Counted from the whole stretch's first letter, positions 13,224-24,942 are shown. The stretch: 63,018 nucleotides of DNA, filler included, from Corallochytrium limacisporum Hawaii (GCA_002811645.1; 5 parts of 5 records of this genome joined end to end with filler, not necessarily neighbours in it); one strand, 5' to 3'. The notes: a model not told the origin generated them from the letters alone. Program-made: numbers and translations.

Positions 13224-13601
13224 TCATGATGGATCGCCACTATCTTCGAGAGCTTTGTCAGTCGACTCGATCATCTTCGTTAATTGATCCCGGACAATGT
13301 CTCGTGCCTCCACAGCGAGACTTAACCGTTGTTCTTCCTCGTATGCGGTGCCTTCAAATGCACGTGCCTCAAAATTACCCTGCTCAATCACTGTATGTAC
13401 TGTGTTTCGAATTTGTGTCAAATTTGCATGAAACGCATGCATACTTTCGGCGAGAGTGTGTTCATCCATGCGAGTTGCATCGTCTTCAGAATCCAGTTCA
13501 CCACTCAAGCCTTTCGCGGTTGCTGCTGCCAGCTCAAGGCAGCTGATCACAAGAGCTTCAGCTTCAGAAAGCTCTTTCAAAATCGCTGTTGACCGTTCCA
13601 T
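13224..13601 (-). CDS. MED11: Mediator complex subunit 11-like
   Basis: 125-aa all-helical protein from MERSTAILKELSEAEALVISCLELAA, with FHANLTQIRNTV and a Y..EQRLSLA..RDQLTKM tail. Length and pattern fit Med11. Confidence 0.65.
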   Translation of the reverse strand: MERSTAILKELSEAEALVISCLELAAATAKGLSGELDSEDDATRMDEHTLAESMHAFHANLTQIRNTVHTVIEQGNFEARAFEGTAYEEEQRLSLAVEARDIVRDQLTKMIESTDKALEDSGDPS

Positions 13602-14733
13602 ATCTTTGTATCCGAATCTTACAAGATCGCTATGACAGTTTCTTTCAAGGCATTGTTGTGCTTCTGCGAACGAGTGCCACTCTTGCCCAATCTTCCCTAG
13701 GTACATCGAAGGTACTGATGGGAAATATAACAATACATTGCTTAGCACCTGAGGCTCTTAAAGCTTAACATACTTATGTATTGATGCAGGAGGAAACCAT
13801 CGACGAACCCGGGGCAGCAAGTTTCCAGTGCACCCCTGTGCATGCGTGGCCTTTCCCATCGACCACCCCGCGCGCTTTCCAAACCCCTCTCCCTTTCCCG
13901 GGGGCCTGCACGGGGGATGGGGGGGGGGCCCAAATTTTCACTCCAAGCACCACCGCCTCTCTTTCACTGCAGCAGCCAAAGCCAAGAGGGCGCGCCCACC
14001 CACTCTCGCGGCCAGCAGAGAGAGAGAGCCGATAAGGGGCCCTCGTCCACCGTTTGCGCCAGAGAAAATATACGGCAGGGCCCCGAGTGCCTAACGGGAA
14101 AGGCCTTCGGACGCGTTCCCGCTCTCCTCCCGGTGGCCCTGCAGGGCGACTCCACTCCACCGCCTCCCATCGTTCAGGCCCCAGCAGTGAATATCCGGCC
14201 TTCAGTGGAAACTGTCCGGAGAGGGTCGTTCCCCTTTACGCCTTGCTTTTTTTTTTGTTTCGTTAGCGGCACGCTATTTTGGACCACTCCCCCCCTCTTT
14301 CTCACTAGCGTTTTGGGGGAGGAGGGGGGTTTTGCTCGTATCCTCACGTTTTGCCCCGCGTGAGGGGCAGGGGAGGCACAGTTTGGGCATAGTGAAAGTA
14401 CGCGATGGCAAAGCAAAAGAGATGGAAAAAGAGGAAGAGGGGGGGGGTTTGTATTGTTCCTTTTTCTTTCTTTATTTTTTTATCTTTGCTGTCCGTTTTT
14501 TTCTTCCCCTCTCTGCCACCTTCCCACTTTGCTGGTATCGCCGTGTGCCCCCGCTCCGGACCATGAAAATTCTGCTGCTGGCGTTGTGACGATTGGGTGG
14601 GGGACATTTCGCCCCTTCCCGGTCCACAGGTGCCCCGGTGTGCAGGGCCAGACAGTAAAAGAGCTCGAGGATCGGTTGGTCCCCCCCCCCACGGGAGTGT
14701 GCGGTTTGCAGCGTTCCTCCTCCTCACCCAACG

Positions 14734-14795
14734 CACACACACACACACACACAGACTCACTCTCTCCCTGTCTCTCCCTCTGTCTCTCCCTCTGT
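14734..14795. repeat. (CA)n microsatellite followed by CTCTCCCTG(TCT)-type short repeats
   Basis: Read directly from the sequence. Confidence 0.85.
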
Positions 14796-14959
14796 GTCAC
14801 CGGTAGCTTGCTGGGCAGGGTTAGGGTAAAAGCCGTAGGGGCAGAGAGTTTACGGTCGGGTTTGGAGATAAGAGAAAGTGTATGAGACACCGCACACGGA
14901 ATATAGGAAACCATAAGAAGCCCAGGTGCGGCCTTGAGGGGTACAAGCGCCCATTGCGG

Positions 14960-15026
14960 TACCACCCTCTGTCTGGGAATATTGTATCAAATCTACTCAT
15001 TTTGATTTAGCTCTGCCGTCGCTTGG
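14960..15026. mobile_element. DNA transposon/MITE terminus (TA + CCACCCTCTGTCT TIR), truncated by gap
   Basis: 14962-15026 matches 52026-52090 at 64/65 nt. The same TIR occurs at 34188 and, inverted, ending at 34511. Confidence 0.85.
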
Positions 15027-15126
15027 NNNNNNNNNNNNNNNNNNNNNNNNNNNNNNNNNNNNNNNNNNNNTTAATTAATTAANNNNNNNNNNNNNNNNNN
15101 NNNNNNNNNNNNNNNNNNNNNNNNNN
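15027..15126. other. Artificial contig linker (N-TTAATTAATTAA-N)
   Basis: Six-frame-stop 12-mer centred in Ns; the same linker occurs at 34277-34376, 52155-52254 and ~61855-61954. Confidence 0.95.
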
Positions 15127-15142
15127 AACCCTAACCCTAACC
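15127..15142 (-). repeat. Telomere-like (TTAGGG)n remnant at a contig start
   Basis: AACCCTAACCCTAACC directly after the linker, in left-end orientation. Only about 2.7 units. Confidence 0.55.
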
Positions 15143-15854
15143 GTCCGTGTCTTGCCACCACGTCTGGACATCCGAGCGTCCGTGGTGTGGGGGTCTAAAG
15201 ACCAAAGCGTGCCGGATTTGAGACGGACCTGATAGTCATTTGCGCAGGGGAGCCTGTGATATTCCATCCCATTCACCACCTATGACTTTTTGGTGTTTAG
15301 GCCCAAGCATTCATTTGCGAACAGTACAAGAAATAGGTGAGTTGTCCATTTATTAGTTGACTTATGGGAAACTGGGGAGGTGCCAATGATGTCTCTGTGA
15401 TACTGAATTGGTCAGAAGACCTCTGAAATACATATACTCCTTCGGTGGACAACAGGGTGCCACGATCGGATGACGATGGTCTTTTGGTTCGAACGGGTTG
15501 GAGGTACGTTAACTACACATACAATCGAAGTTGTTGTGACGCACACACTCCCCCAGCTATAGTGCGGGACTTTAGCGAAGTTGCGCACACCGCAAGAGTA
15601 CATGTAGAATTTACACCCCACTGTCACCCGCTTGTGACATCTGCAGAAACAAATCGCGGTCGGGGGCTATTTTGGTAAATGGAAGATAGCTATGGAAACC
15701 TTCAGATTTGCTTTGACTCCTCCCAGGACACTCTTGTACAGGCCCAGGCGACTGATTCCCCTTGGATTGGTTGATTTATTGCACCACACTGAGGCATACT
15801 GCGCAGATAACGCTCACCACGCTCTTGAATAAAATCGAGTATGACAGGCATGAC

Positions 15855-16352
15855 TTACTCTACTTTAGTTACGTTGTAGGCAATCTCACACGAGATGCAA
15901 AGGGAGTGCATGGTCACATGGGAGGCTCCAGTTTTGAGAGTGTGCACCTCATGGAAACCTGTCAGGGTCTTTGTCCTAGGGAACTTCTTTGACAATGGCC
16001 CGGTGCTCGAAGCGTTGACAAGAAGTCCCACTGCAAGATTGGTTCCCTTAGGGACAGTTTGCTTAGTTTCGGTCAAGGTCCAGTCGTTTATGATACTAGT
16101 GTCATTCTTAAGTGTGGTCTTGACGTCTGCGGCCTCGAACGAGTACATTGCAACCTCGCCAGATACAACCGGTGCTTTGAAATTGCGGGCAGGGCACAGC
16201 CGGGACGCAATCTGTTCGCACTCCACTTTAGTCACCTCAACGGAGACGTTAGTAACTTTACGAGCGTCGACCGCATCATCATCGACAGTCGAAGGGTTAG
16301 CTCCGGCAACGATGGCAAGGGCAAGGATTCCAATAAGGTTGATAAAGTTCAT
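15855..16352 (-). CDS. Small secreted protein, unknown family (165 aa)
   Basis: Clear signal peptide MNFINLIGILALAIVAGA; beta-rich mature region with four Cys and several NxS/T sequons. Confidence 0.75.
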   Translation of the reverse strand: MNFINLIGILALAIVAGANPSTVDDDAVDARKVTNVSVEVTKVECEQIASRLCPARNFKAPVVSGEVAMYSFEAADVKTTLKNDTSIINDWTLTETKQTVPKGTNLAVGLLVNASSTGPLSKKFPRTKTLTGFHEVHTLKTGASHVTMHSLCISCEIAYNVTKVE

Positions 16353-18079
16353 GATGCTTGTTTTCTGAGTCTTGTGCTGCTAGTAGTCAGACTGCTGTGA
16401 TCAGAAGATCCGGCGACTATAAGTACCTTTCTATGGCACACATACTGGCTTCAGCAGACCCACCTACTGGGTCAATACGCTAACCGCTGGTGCGCTTGTT
16501 ACGAAAGAACATGTTGAATGGTGCCCAGGATGGAACGGCGGCTTACTGACTGTACTTGCGATTTTGTGGCTGTGTAACTATTCAGGAATGCATGCCAAAG
16601 TAGTAGAGATGAAGCCCAGTCCCTTCCGATCCCCAAACCGTCCAATGTTACGAATTGTTCTGAACAACTCGAATACATTAGAACTGAACGCATGCCACTG
16701 TGTCCATGACATAATTGATTCGTCTATAGAGTGGCGGCCGCAGCCCGCAGTGGTTTGCGCCCGGGATCAAGACAGGTGGAAAGGGGAGGGGGTAGTGGTC
16801 CCTAACGTAATGGATCCCAAACTGATCCCCTCACCTGCAGTACCTAAGCGGGCGAGCTGCCAGAGACACACACCAGTGAATATACACCGTACTTCACTGA
16901 CTGTGGCACCGAAAAGGGATTCTGGACTACTTCGTACTATTGTATCGTGGGTACAGTTTGAGACAGTAGAGCAGCGCAGGCGTACGATACAATGTTTCCA
17001 CGGAAGAAGTGCTCGCCTCGTATTAGCTTATATTTCCCCGCAGCGACAGCCAGAGTAAGGCAGCATTGGGCCGCATTGTGCATTTCATGAAAATCGAAAC
17101 ACGCCACCGGGAAACGCCAAACCAACCTAACTTGACAAAGAAAAACAGGTGCAAATTGAACGAGCTAGTGCTACAGAAATTCAGTTGCTAGCAAAATACC
17201 AAGTACAGCAATTGCATTACATGGCCCAGAACGCACACGCAACTAAGAAAGGTCATATTAATCAACACACGCAACTGAAAACGCCAAACCAATTCCCTTC
17301 CCTAAAAAGCCAATTTCAATGTATAACAGGAAGGAGTGATACTCGACGCATTTATGAGTAGGAAAATCTGCACAATTGTGTGGCAGACAGTCCAGTGGCA
17401 GACAGTCCAGTGACAGGAAGAAGCAATACTTTCAAATCGCTCCCCTCTGTGTGGTGAATAAGCGTGCATGGTACTGTGTCAACGATGTACTTTGAGGGAT
17501 ACCAATTTAATCTCGGAATATCCGTCAGTATTGTCGAAGACTGGTGCACACTGTGGATATCGATGCTGTTTTCCGGAACTCTGCAGCTATCTTTAGTCTG
17601 TCGGTTTCGAGCCTCTTGTGTAGCATTTCCCACGTCGGAAGGACGCCACTATCGCAATTCATGGTCACGAAGACGGGAGTGTGCATGGAACTATCACTGT
17701 AGACTTTGCGATCGGTCTTGTCTTCTTAACTTTAGTTGTTGGTATGGCCCGGCCTGTTTATCTTGAGCGAATGGCTCTAATATCGCACATTTGCGTACCG
17801 TTTGTATTGACCGACCTGGAACGAAATCAATGAACCAGGGTTTCACACGCCATGGGACAACCAACTTCTAACAGTCTTTAATCGTACGAACACTTGGTGC
17901 CTTAGTCGCTACCGATCTCTACAATGAGGCAGTTCTAAAGTCGTAGGGTCGGGGTTAGGTCGAGTCTATATTAATCATCAACTGCAGTTACGAACTCCCA
18001 TGTTAATAATAGAAGGTAGCCGGGCTAATTGTATCCGCAAAGGCCGTGTCCCCTGAATTCATAGTGGAACCTGAGGAAA

Positions 18080-20236
18080 TTACCATCTGCAAAAATAGCC
18101 GAGTCCCGTAAAGTCATCGTACACGCATCTCATTCCCTCGCAGCACTTTTTGCTGCCCCCGCATTCACTATTCATAGGCTGGCATGGCTCCTCGTAAAAG
18201 CACCTTTGAATGCCAGTATTACATTTGTTTAAATAGTTACACATCCAGTTTCCTGTGCAGTACATTCCCTTCGAATTAACTCCATCTTTGAATCGGCAAA
18301 ATCCGGTGGTTCCATCTCTGTGTCCGATGCAATAGCGGTTTCTCACCAGATCATTCTCCACCCACATTTGGTCCCAAACACTTTGACTCATGGTGACGCC
18401 AGGCAGCCTTAGCAGTGTTTGCCCCGTGCTCTTGATTTCAATGTACAAATCACCATCTTCATGATAGTAAACAAGGTCATGAGTGTGGTAGTCGGGATCC
18501 ATTTGGGTCATGGTGTATGATTTGCGATCAATGTCGATGTCGTCACTTTCACTGGGAGCAAAATCCATAATCACAATACTGCCACCTGACAAATGGAAGC
18601 TGTCAGCGCCGGCGTTGCCGGTAGCTTGATCATTTCCTCCATTGGTCCAAAAGGCATTGTCTTTTGCATCACCAACAAAGATGTCGTCATGCTTGGTACC
18701 CATGACTTTACCAAGACTGAAAAGCCAGTGATAATGGGGATCTTCTCGCGTCTGCAGAGGATCAATCGTATTGTCACGCTCGCTGACAGGATCCTCACCG
18801 TTCCAGACCAGCATGAACCTCTCGTTCATCCACTCGCCCGCGTCAGGGAACGTCTGGATCCCGTTTGTTTGGTCTGCGTAGTCCACAATGGCGTCAGCTG
18901 CACCGTCATGAAGACGGTATTCAATGAATTCCGACTCCGCTGGTAGAATTTCGTCATCGTTCCATGCCAGTGAAACGTGCGAAGGGATGTATACTACATC
19001 TATAGGCCCATTGCCAGTAGAGACAGAGGCAGTCACAATTTGAACGGGATCGGAGGAGTCGTACACTGCAAACGGGTCTTCCAACGACAAGGAGGGCTTA
19101 ATGGAGAGATTGAGGTCGCCAACAAGTTCGCCTGTGGGTGTAAAGGTCATGGTACCCACATCCAGCTGGTATACGGGAGCAGTCGAATCGATTGTAACAG
19201 GCTCGAATCTAGTAAAGCCAAACGAATCAGTGTACCCACGGAACGTCGCAGGATCGGATGCGCCGAAGGGTTTACTGAAGAACTGCGTGCCCTTCGGGTC
19301 GACTTTGAACGTACGCCATTGCTGCGCGTCTTGAAAGTTCGCGTGGATGGACGTAGTCGTCATCCAAGGGTCCGAAGGATTCATGGAAACGGTAATGGAC
19401 TTGTCGTCCTTGGTGCTGTCTAGCCAGCCTGTAAACTCTCCCGAAATGTCCGGGTCCGCAAGAACCACGTAGCCCTGTTCGGAGGTCTTGAGAGGGTTAC
19501 TGGTAATCAGGATGTCCATGCCAATGTCGAAGGGCACAGAGGTTTCCACCGTTGGCTGCAATTCGCCGTCATGATAAACCTTCATACTGCCGGGACCGGA
19601 TGCGGTGATTGGGACCACAGCCTTGTTCGGTGGGGATGGGGAGTTGTCTCGGAACCATTTGGCAACATCATCGAGTGACGTATACGAACGAGATTCAGTC
19701 TCGGTTCGCCACGCACCAAAACCGTAGACTGTCGTCTGGAACGGCCGGTACTGCCACACCCAGTTGTTCCTAGTGTGGCGCCAACCGGCCAGGCCTCTGA
19801 TCACAAGATTGCCGTATGCATCAAACTCAGGCCCGAGTGTAAAGCCCTCTTCATACTCGTCGTCTTTGAAGATCTTGGTCTGGAAAATATACCACTCTTC
19901 GACAAAGGAATACTCCGTAACAGTATCAATCAATTGAACGGTGCCAGACGTGCAAACGTTCGTGGTCTGTTCTTGGATGTATTCCGTTTCATGGGTGGTT
20001 GGGTTTTCTTGCGTGAATACGATTTTCACAGTGTAGCATCCGTATCCCGGTTCCGCGTATTCAGTCAAAACTGCTGCCGTCGTGCTATCCAGGAAGTCGG
20101 CGGTAGCTGTGGCGGCAGGAACACTCTCCACGTTAACGCCGACATCTTGATGATCCTTGGTGGGCAGGGCCTGAGCGGCGTCCAACATCCAACTGAGCCC
20201 AGCCAGGGCAACGATGGCAACGTCACTGAATTTCAT
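18080..20236 (-). CDS. Secreted protein with a bacterial B-repeat-like domain, RTX/hemolysin-type Ca-binding repeats and a Cys-rich knottin-like C-terminus
   Basis: Signal peptide MKFSDVAIVALAGLSWMLDAAQA; EFTGW..SITVSMN..IHANF; GTKHDDIFVGDAKDNAFWTNGGNDQATGNAGADSF..IMDF..DDIDI; terminal C-x6-C-x5-CC-x4-C-x10-C. Confidence 0.8.
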   Translation of the reverse strand: MKFSDVAIVALAGLSWMLDAAQALPTKDHQDVGVNVESVPAATATADFLDSTTAAVLTEYAEPGYGCYTVKIVFTQENPTTHETEYIQEQTTNVCTSGTVQLIDTVTEYSFVEEWYIFQTKIFKDDEYEEGFTLGPEFDAYGNLVIRGLAGWRHTRNNWVWQYRPFQTTVYGFGAWRTETESRSYTSLDDVAKWFRDNSPSPPNKAVVPITASGPGSMKVYHDGELQPTVETSVPFDIGMDILITSNPLKTSEQGYVVLADPDISGEFTGWLDSTKDDKSITVSMNPSDPWMTTTSIHANFQDAQQWRTFKVDPKGTQFFSKPFGASDPATFRGYTDSFGFTRFEPVTIDSTAPVYQLDVGTMTFTPTGELVGDLNLSIKPSLSLEDPFAVYDSSDPVQIVTASVSTGNGPIDVVYIPSHVSLAWNDDEILPAESEFIEYRLHDGAADAIVDYADQTNGIQTFPDAGEWMNERFMLVWNGEDPVSERDNTIDPLQTREDPHYHWLFSLGKVMGTKHDDIFVGDAKDNAFWTNGGNDQATGNAGADSFHLSGGSIVIMDFAPSESDDIDIDRKSYTMTQMDPDYHTHDLVYYHEDGDLYIEIKSTGQTLLRLPGVTMSQSVWDQMWVENDLVRNRYCIGHRDGTTGFCRFKDGVNSKGMYCTGNWMCNYLNKCNTGIQRCFYEEPCQPMNSECGGSKKCCEGMRCVYDDFTGLGYFCRW

Positions 20237-21229
20237 GGTAGAGGTGTTGTATTGCACGAGTGATCGTTCATGCAGCGTACTCTTTGTCTCGTTCTACCTC
20301 CATGGCTCTCATGTGACACTGTCTAAATACCTTGAAGCTCCCAGTACCATCTCCCTCACATGTTTTGAATGCAGGTTACGTAATCGTCGGCCTGGAATCC
20401 TTGTAAGAGTCGTTCCAGTCCGTCCTCGAGTGTAGGGCGGGACATGACAATAATCTGGGGTCACTCTTTTGCGAACGTTTATCGGCACTTTCACATTCAG
20501 TATCGGGCAACCCGGTATGAAGACGAGTGTGCGGCCAGGCCGTGTGCCACATCACTGTCGGCTTCCGCGGACTGGAAAGCCTCCTTCAATAGCAACAGCC
20601 ATACCTACGTTCACACCGTTGCGGGAGAGGGAAAGGAGGACAAAGCAAGAGAGCGTGTGTGTTGAGCCCAACTGCTAAGCAAAGTCAGGTCCAATCACCA
20701 CCCAGTCCAAATCGGGCATACTGGTGGACATCCTGATAAGTTGTACCATCTAGAATTCTGCGCTGAGACAATCAGAAGCCGATCAGTTGGCATGAACAAC
20801 GTAGAATCCTACGTTTAGCAGCCATTGCCAGGCTCACGCTGGTAACATATTGATGATGGGTCCGGCCCACAGAGGTGAATGGAATTCCTTGTACACGTCA
20901 GAGTGATTGGTGTCAGTACGCTTCAGTTCATACCACTGTTAACTCTGAACCTGTCCCGGACTTGCAGCATATCGCCTAAAACTGTCGTATAAAACTGTGT
21001 ATCACAAAAACTTAACATACGTAACGTCAGCTTGTCTTATTGAGGAGGATCGCAGTCGATTTCGCAGGTGTGGCAACACGCAGCAAGGCAGTTAGTTATT
21101 AACGCACTGTGCGGCTGTCGGGAGGTGGGGCCGGAGGGGGGGCGTAATCTACAGTGGTGTGGTCGAAGAATTGCATAGCCGAGTAGGAATTGAGTCGGTT
21201 ACTCTAGAGACGAAAGTCCGTTATGTAGG

Positions 21230-22729
21230 TCAATACCTTGGAGTGTTGATTTCTAACTTTGGAATCACTGCTGATGTCGTGTTATCGTTTGCCACCGGGT
21301 ACCGTTCGCAGATGAAACGTTCATCACGGTATACAGCCAGTGAAAGCAGAAGTACAACGCGGCCCCTTCTCACTTCAGGAAATTGTACACTGAGTTTTAT
21401 ACCGAGCTCTTCCGGCGGAGAGTTTTGCGAGATTACACGAAATGAACTCGCCGATGAGGATCGCAGCACTATGGAGGGCAAAGTTTGTAGACGATGAAAC
21501 GATGTGAAACCCTCCGACTGCATCTCAATCTGCGAACTTAGGCCATATTTGGGTTCTTCACTTGGTTTTGATGCTGAATTAGAGTGAACGAAACATGCGG
21601 AACAGCTAAAGGTAGAGTGGCTCATGTGTCACGAGTATGGTTGCGCACGGGCCTTTGTACACGTTTTGGACTGCCCAAACGACTTCATCAGATCCTGAAT
21701 CTTCAAGTTTACTATTTCGGATGGTAGACCTTGTTATTGTCCGCAGTGCATTCTCTGCTGCGGACATTGAACAACTGGCGAAGGGGGCGTTGGGGGGGCG
21801 TTGNNNNNNNNNNNNNNNNNNNNNNNNNNNNNNNNNNNNNNNNNNNNNNNNNNNNNNNNNNNNNNNNNNNNNNNNNNNNNNNNNNNNNNNNNNNNNNNNN
21901 NNNNNNNNNNNNNNNNNNNNNNNNNNNNNNNNNNNNNNNNNNNNNNNNNNNNNNNNNNNNNNNNNNNNNNNNNNNNNNNNNNNNNNNNNNNNNNNNNNNN
22001 NNNNNNNNNNNNNNNNNNNNNNNNNNNNNNNNNNNGGTCGGGGGGGGGGGGGGAGAATTCAACTCTTCTGACTCCTAGTGAATTTTCGTTGCTCCATGTT
22101 CAAAACCCGTATAATGCAATGACATATCTATCTCTTCAGATCACGGGCAACCAGCTACGATCATACATTGAGCGGCGACTACACCCTCTTCAGACGGATC
22201 TTCGTTCACAGATGGCCCAAGACCTGCACATCGCAGATCTGCAAGTTCTTGATTACAGGGCAACACGTTAGTACATGTCGCACAATTGTGGGCCCGGATG
22301 GGACCACATCTGCGCGCACTGACGCAGGGCATTCGGACGGGGAGACATACATACAAAGAGTACGGCTCTCAGAATGTGTCGAACCACTCTTCCAATATGG
22401 CTTCCGCTCACCGTTGGGCCAATTTTGGAATCGTTCCCGTTCTGGATCCGTGTTTCATACCCTTCGGCAGATGGTACGCTCACGTCCTCAGTGTGCTGCC
22501 CCGATAGTACAGGGGACAAACTACTAGCACTAAGAAAGCACGCACCACTGCTGCCTTTCCCAAAGGCAACACGACGACCACTTCGTCTCCACGCATCAGT
22601 CCTACAAACTATCAACGGCACCGGCACCGCAAAGTCTCCGTCATCCGCCAGTGTGTCTGTGGGCTGACTTATGTACAGTTTGGGTATTTCCGGTTGTGGC
22701 GACGGTGGTTGCTTCCACAGACCTTCCAT
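21230..22729 (-). CDS. Possible spliced gene of unknown function spanning an assembly gap
   Basis: ORF from ATG 22729 runs into a GTATGT donor (22354 or 22350), TACTAAC (22273-22267) and AG (22248 or 22239). Further minus-strand ORF pieces lie at 21230-21800. Exon structure unresolved. Confidence 0.3.
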
Positions 22730-23094
22730 AAGAACCACCGGGGGCGACCTGTCATCTTACAAACCCTCAGAACCAGTACGCTCTTCTCTGCAAAACCTTC
22801 AATAAGTCACACCCTCGTTTTCAACACCGCCAGGTAAGCAATGACTAATTAGTGAAATGATGAAGACTCTGCACAGTTTCCTTCAATTCCGTGCAAAGTC
22901 AGCGTATATGCTTATCTTTGTATTCAAATAAGACAACAACAGAAGGTACAAAATTCATCCAGCCATAGAATATTCAAGTGCATTCTACTGACAGAGCCCA
23001 AGATCTACATTACAAAGGACGGGTACAAGGAAAAAATGGCTCGTTGGTAAGAGGACGATGATGTGTGCGTTGAGCGTATCGAATAAATGTACTT

Positions 23095-24006
23095 TCAAAG
23101 ACGTGGCTTCGGCTTTACATTGATAATGTTGTTGGGGTTCGGGCGATTGTGCTGATTACCCTGGCTGTAGTCTTCCCACGGCCCATCACGCTCAGTCACC
23201 GCCGCTTTAACACCTTGAGCGTTTGCTTTGTTGATCCAGTCAAGCGCATCCGGTGTGTTTCGCATCAAACCATCAAGAATTGGTCCAAGCGTCTGCGTAC
23301 TGGATATACCCATATTCTCATAGGCGTGGTTAATAACCAGCTTCTGCGCGGCAAGTTGTGACGTCGGGATATTGCACAGTTGATTAGCCAACGCCCAAAC
23401 GGTTTGTTCCAATTTGTCAAACGGCACAGATTGGTTGATGAGACCACACTCGGCGGCTTCTTTGCCAGACAGCGGAATACCCGTAAGCCCGTGCCACTTA
23501 GCCTTAGCCAGGCCCAGTCGGTAGATCCACATACCTGAGAGGTACGCACCCCACATCCTGGCATAAGGAGTGCCAATACGAGCATCATCGCTTGCAACAA
23601 TCAGGTCGGCCCCCAGAGCAAAATCAGAGCCACCTCCAACGCAGTAGCCGTGGATCTGGGCGATCACCGGCTTCGACGTTTCCCAAATACTCCACAGCTG
23701 TTGAGTAGGCGCCATCGATTTAGTTGTTGCCATGGCGAAATCTTTACCGGGATCCCATCGGCCGTTGGTGGTCATGTACTGATCCCAGTGGTGAAAACCA
23801 CCTCCGAAATTGTAGCCGGCACAAAATGCACGGCCAGCGCCACGCAAGATTATCACCTTTACATTTTGGTCAAAGGTGCAGTCTTTCACGGCATCGCTGA
23901 TCTCCCAGGGCATCGGCGGTACAATCGTGTTCATTTGCTCTGGGCGATTGAGAGTAATTGTGGCGATTGAGCCATGCTTTTCCAACACAATGGTTTCGTA
24001 CGACAT
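23095..24006 (-). CDS. Enoyl-CoA hydratase/crotonase, actinobacterial EchA2-like, with PTS1-like -PRL
   Basis: ATITLNRPEQMNTIVPPMP, LRGAGRAFCAGYNF, KPVIAQIHGYCVGGG, GTPYARMWGAYL; ends KPKPRL*. Confidence 0.9.
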   Translation of the reverse strand: MSYETIVLEKHGSIATITLNRPEQMNTIVPPMPWEISDAVKDCTFDQNVKVIILRGAGRAFCAGYNFGGGFHHWDQYMTTNGRWDPGKDFAMATTKSMAPTQQLWSIWETSKPVIAQIHGYCVGGGSDFALGADLIVASDDARIGTPYARMWGAYLSGMWIYRLGLAKAKWHGLTGIPLSGKEAAECGLINQSVPFDKLEQTVWALANQLCNIPTSQLAAQKLVINHAYENMGISSTQTLGPILDGLMRNTPDALDWINKANAQGVKAAVTERDGPWEDYSQGNQHNRPNPNNIINVKPKPRL

Positions 24007-24942
24007 GGTGAATGGTGAGAATGAGATCACTGTCAGCGCGAGACTTTAGTCACTCACAAAGGTCCTATGGTGAGGAGCGGGGGAGAATTCATATCTTACA
24101 TTGCGTACCTTCTGCCGGGTAGATCGGAGTTTCATCAGTTGTCACTTCCCTTGCACTGGAGTATATCACAGAAGCAGCACAGGCAAGGCAAGACAGTGCA
24201 AAAAGAAACGTTGCGACTACACAGCTGGATTACTTTCGCCTACAACGCAGCGTATTGAGTCTCGTGACTAGGTACCCTAAATTTAGCACAGATTCGGTTT
24301 GGGGTTACATTTCTCCAGAGCGGCGGAGCACAGGAGCTGCGCAGCCCCGATTCCCCCCACCCCAAGCCCCCCCCCCCGCGGGGGAGGGGGTGTTTGGGAA
24401 GAATGCGGTCCTGTCCTTTTTTTTGCGTCACGCCGCCATAGTATACGGCGCATGAGGAGAGAGTACTACCAACAGATCTGATGAGGGAGGTCGACAGAGC
24501 CGTCCGGACCAAGATGGAGCCATCTCCAGTGGGTACTCACTGTGAAAGAACTATTTAGGATATACTCTCTTTTTCTTGCGCAGTCCTGGTAGCTATACTA
24601 TCTCTCGAGCAGAGGGCCGAGCCAGTGACCACTGTGGTCCTCTTCCCAGTGGGTAGATCCAATATTCGCAAATGTTCTCCGAAACAAACAGTTGAGAGTG
24701 AGAGTAGTAGCCACCTTACTTGTCGTATGGCCGGAGCTTATGTTTACGAACCTGAAGGGGGAATGAGCCCTCATTGTTGCGTCTTCAGGGTCCCGACTGC
24801 ACACCTGCACCAGCCGTCCTCTCCTTGCCATAATTCCGGGGAGAATGTTGTCCGCTTACTGCAAACTACACGAGTAAATCATATAATGGCACTGACCTTA
24901 AATTTTGTGTAATACATAAGCAAACTTGTCAAGACTTAGGAG

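Noticed and set aside
14815-14830. GGGTTAGGG as a telomere
   Set aside because: A single internal unit, expected by chance.
15071-15082. Recurrent palindrome TTAATTAATTAA
   Set aside because: Always centred in N runs, so it is an artificial six-frame-stop linker rather than biology.
17380-17415. 15-bp tandem repeat GTGGCAGACAGTCCA x2
   Set aside because: A trivial local duplication with no spacers or associated genes.
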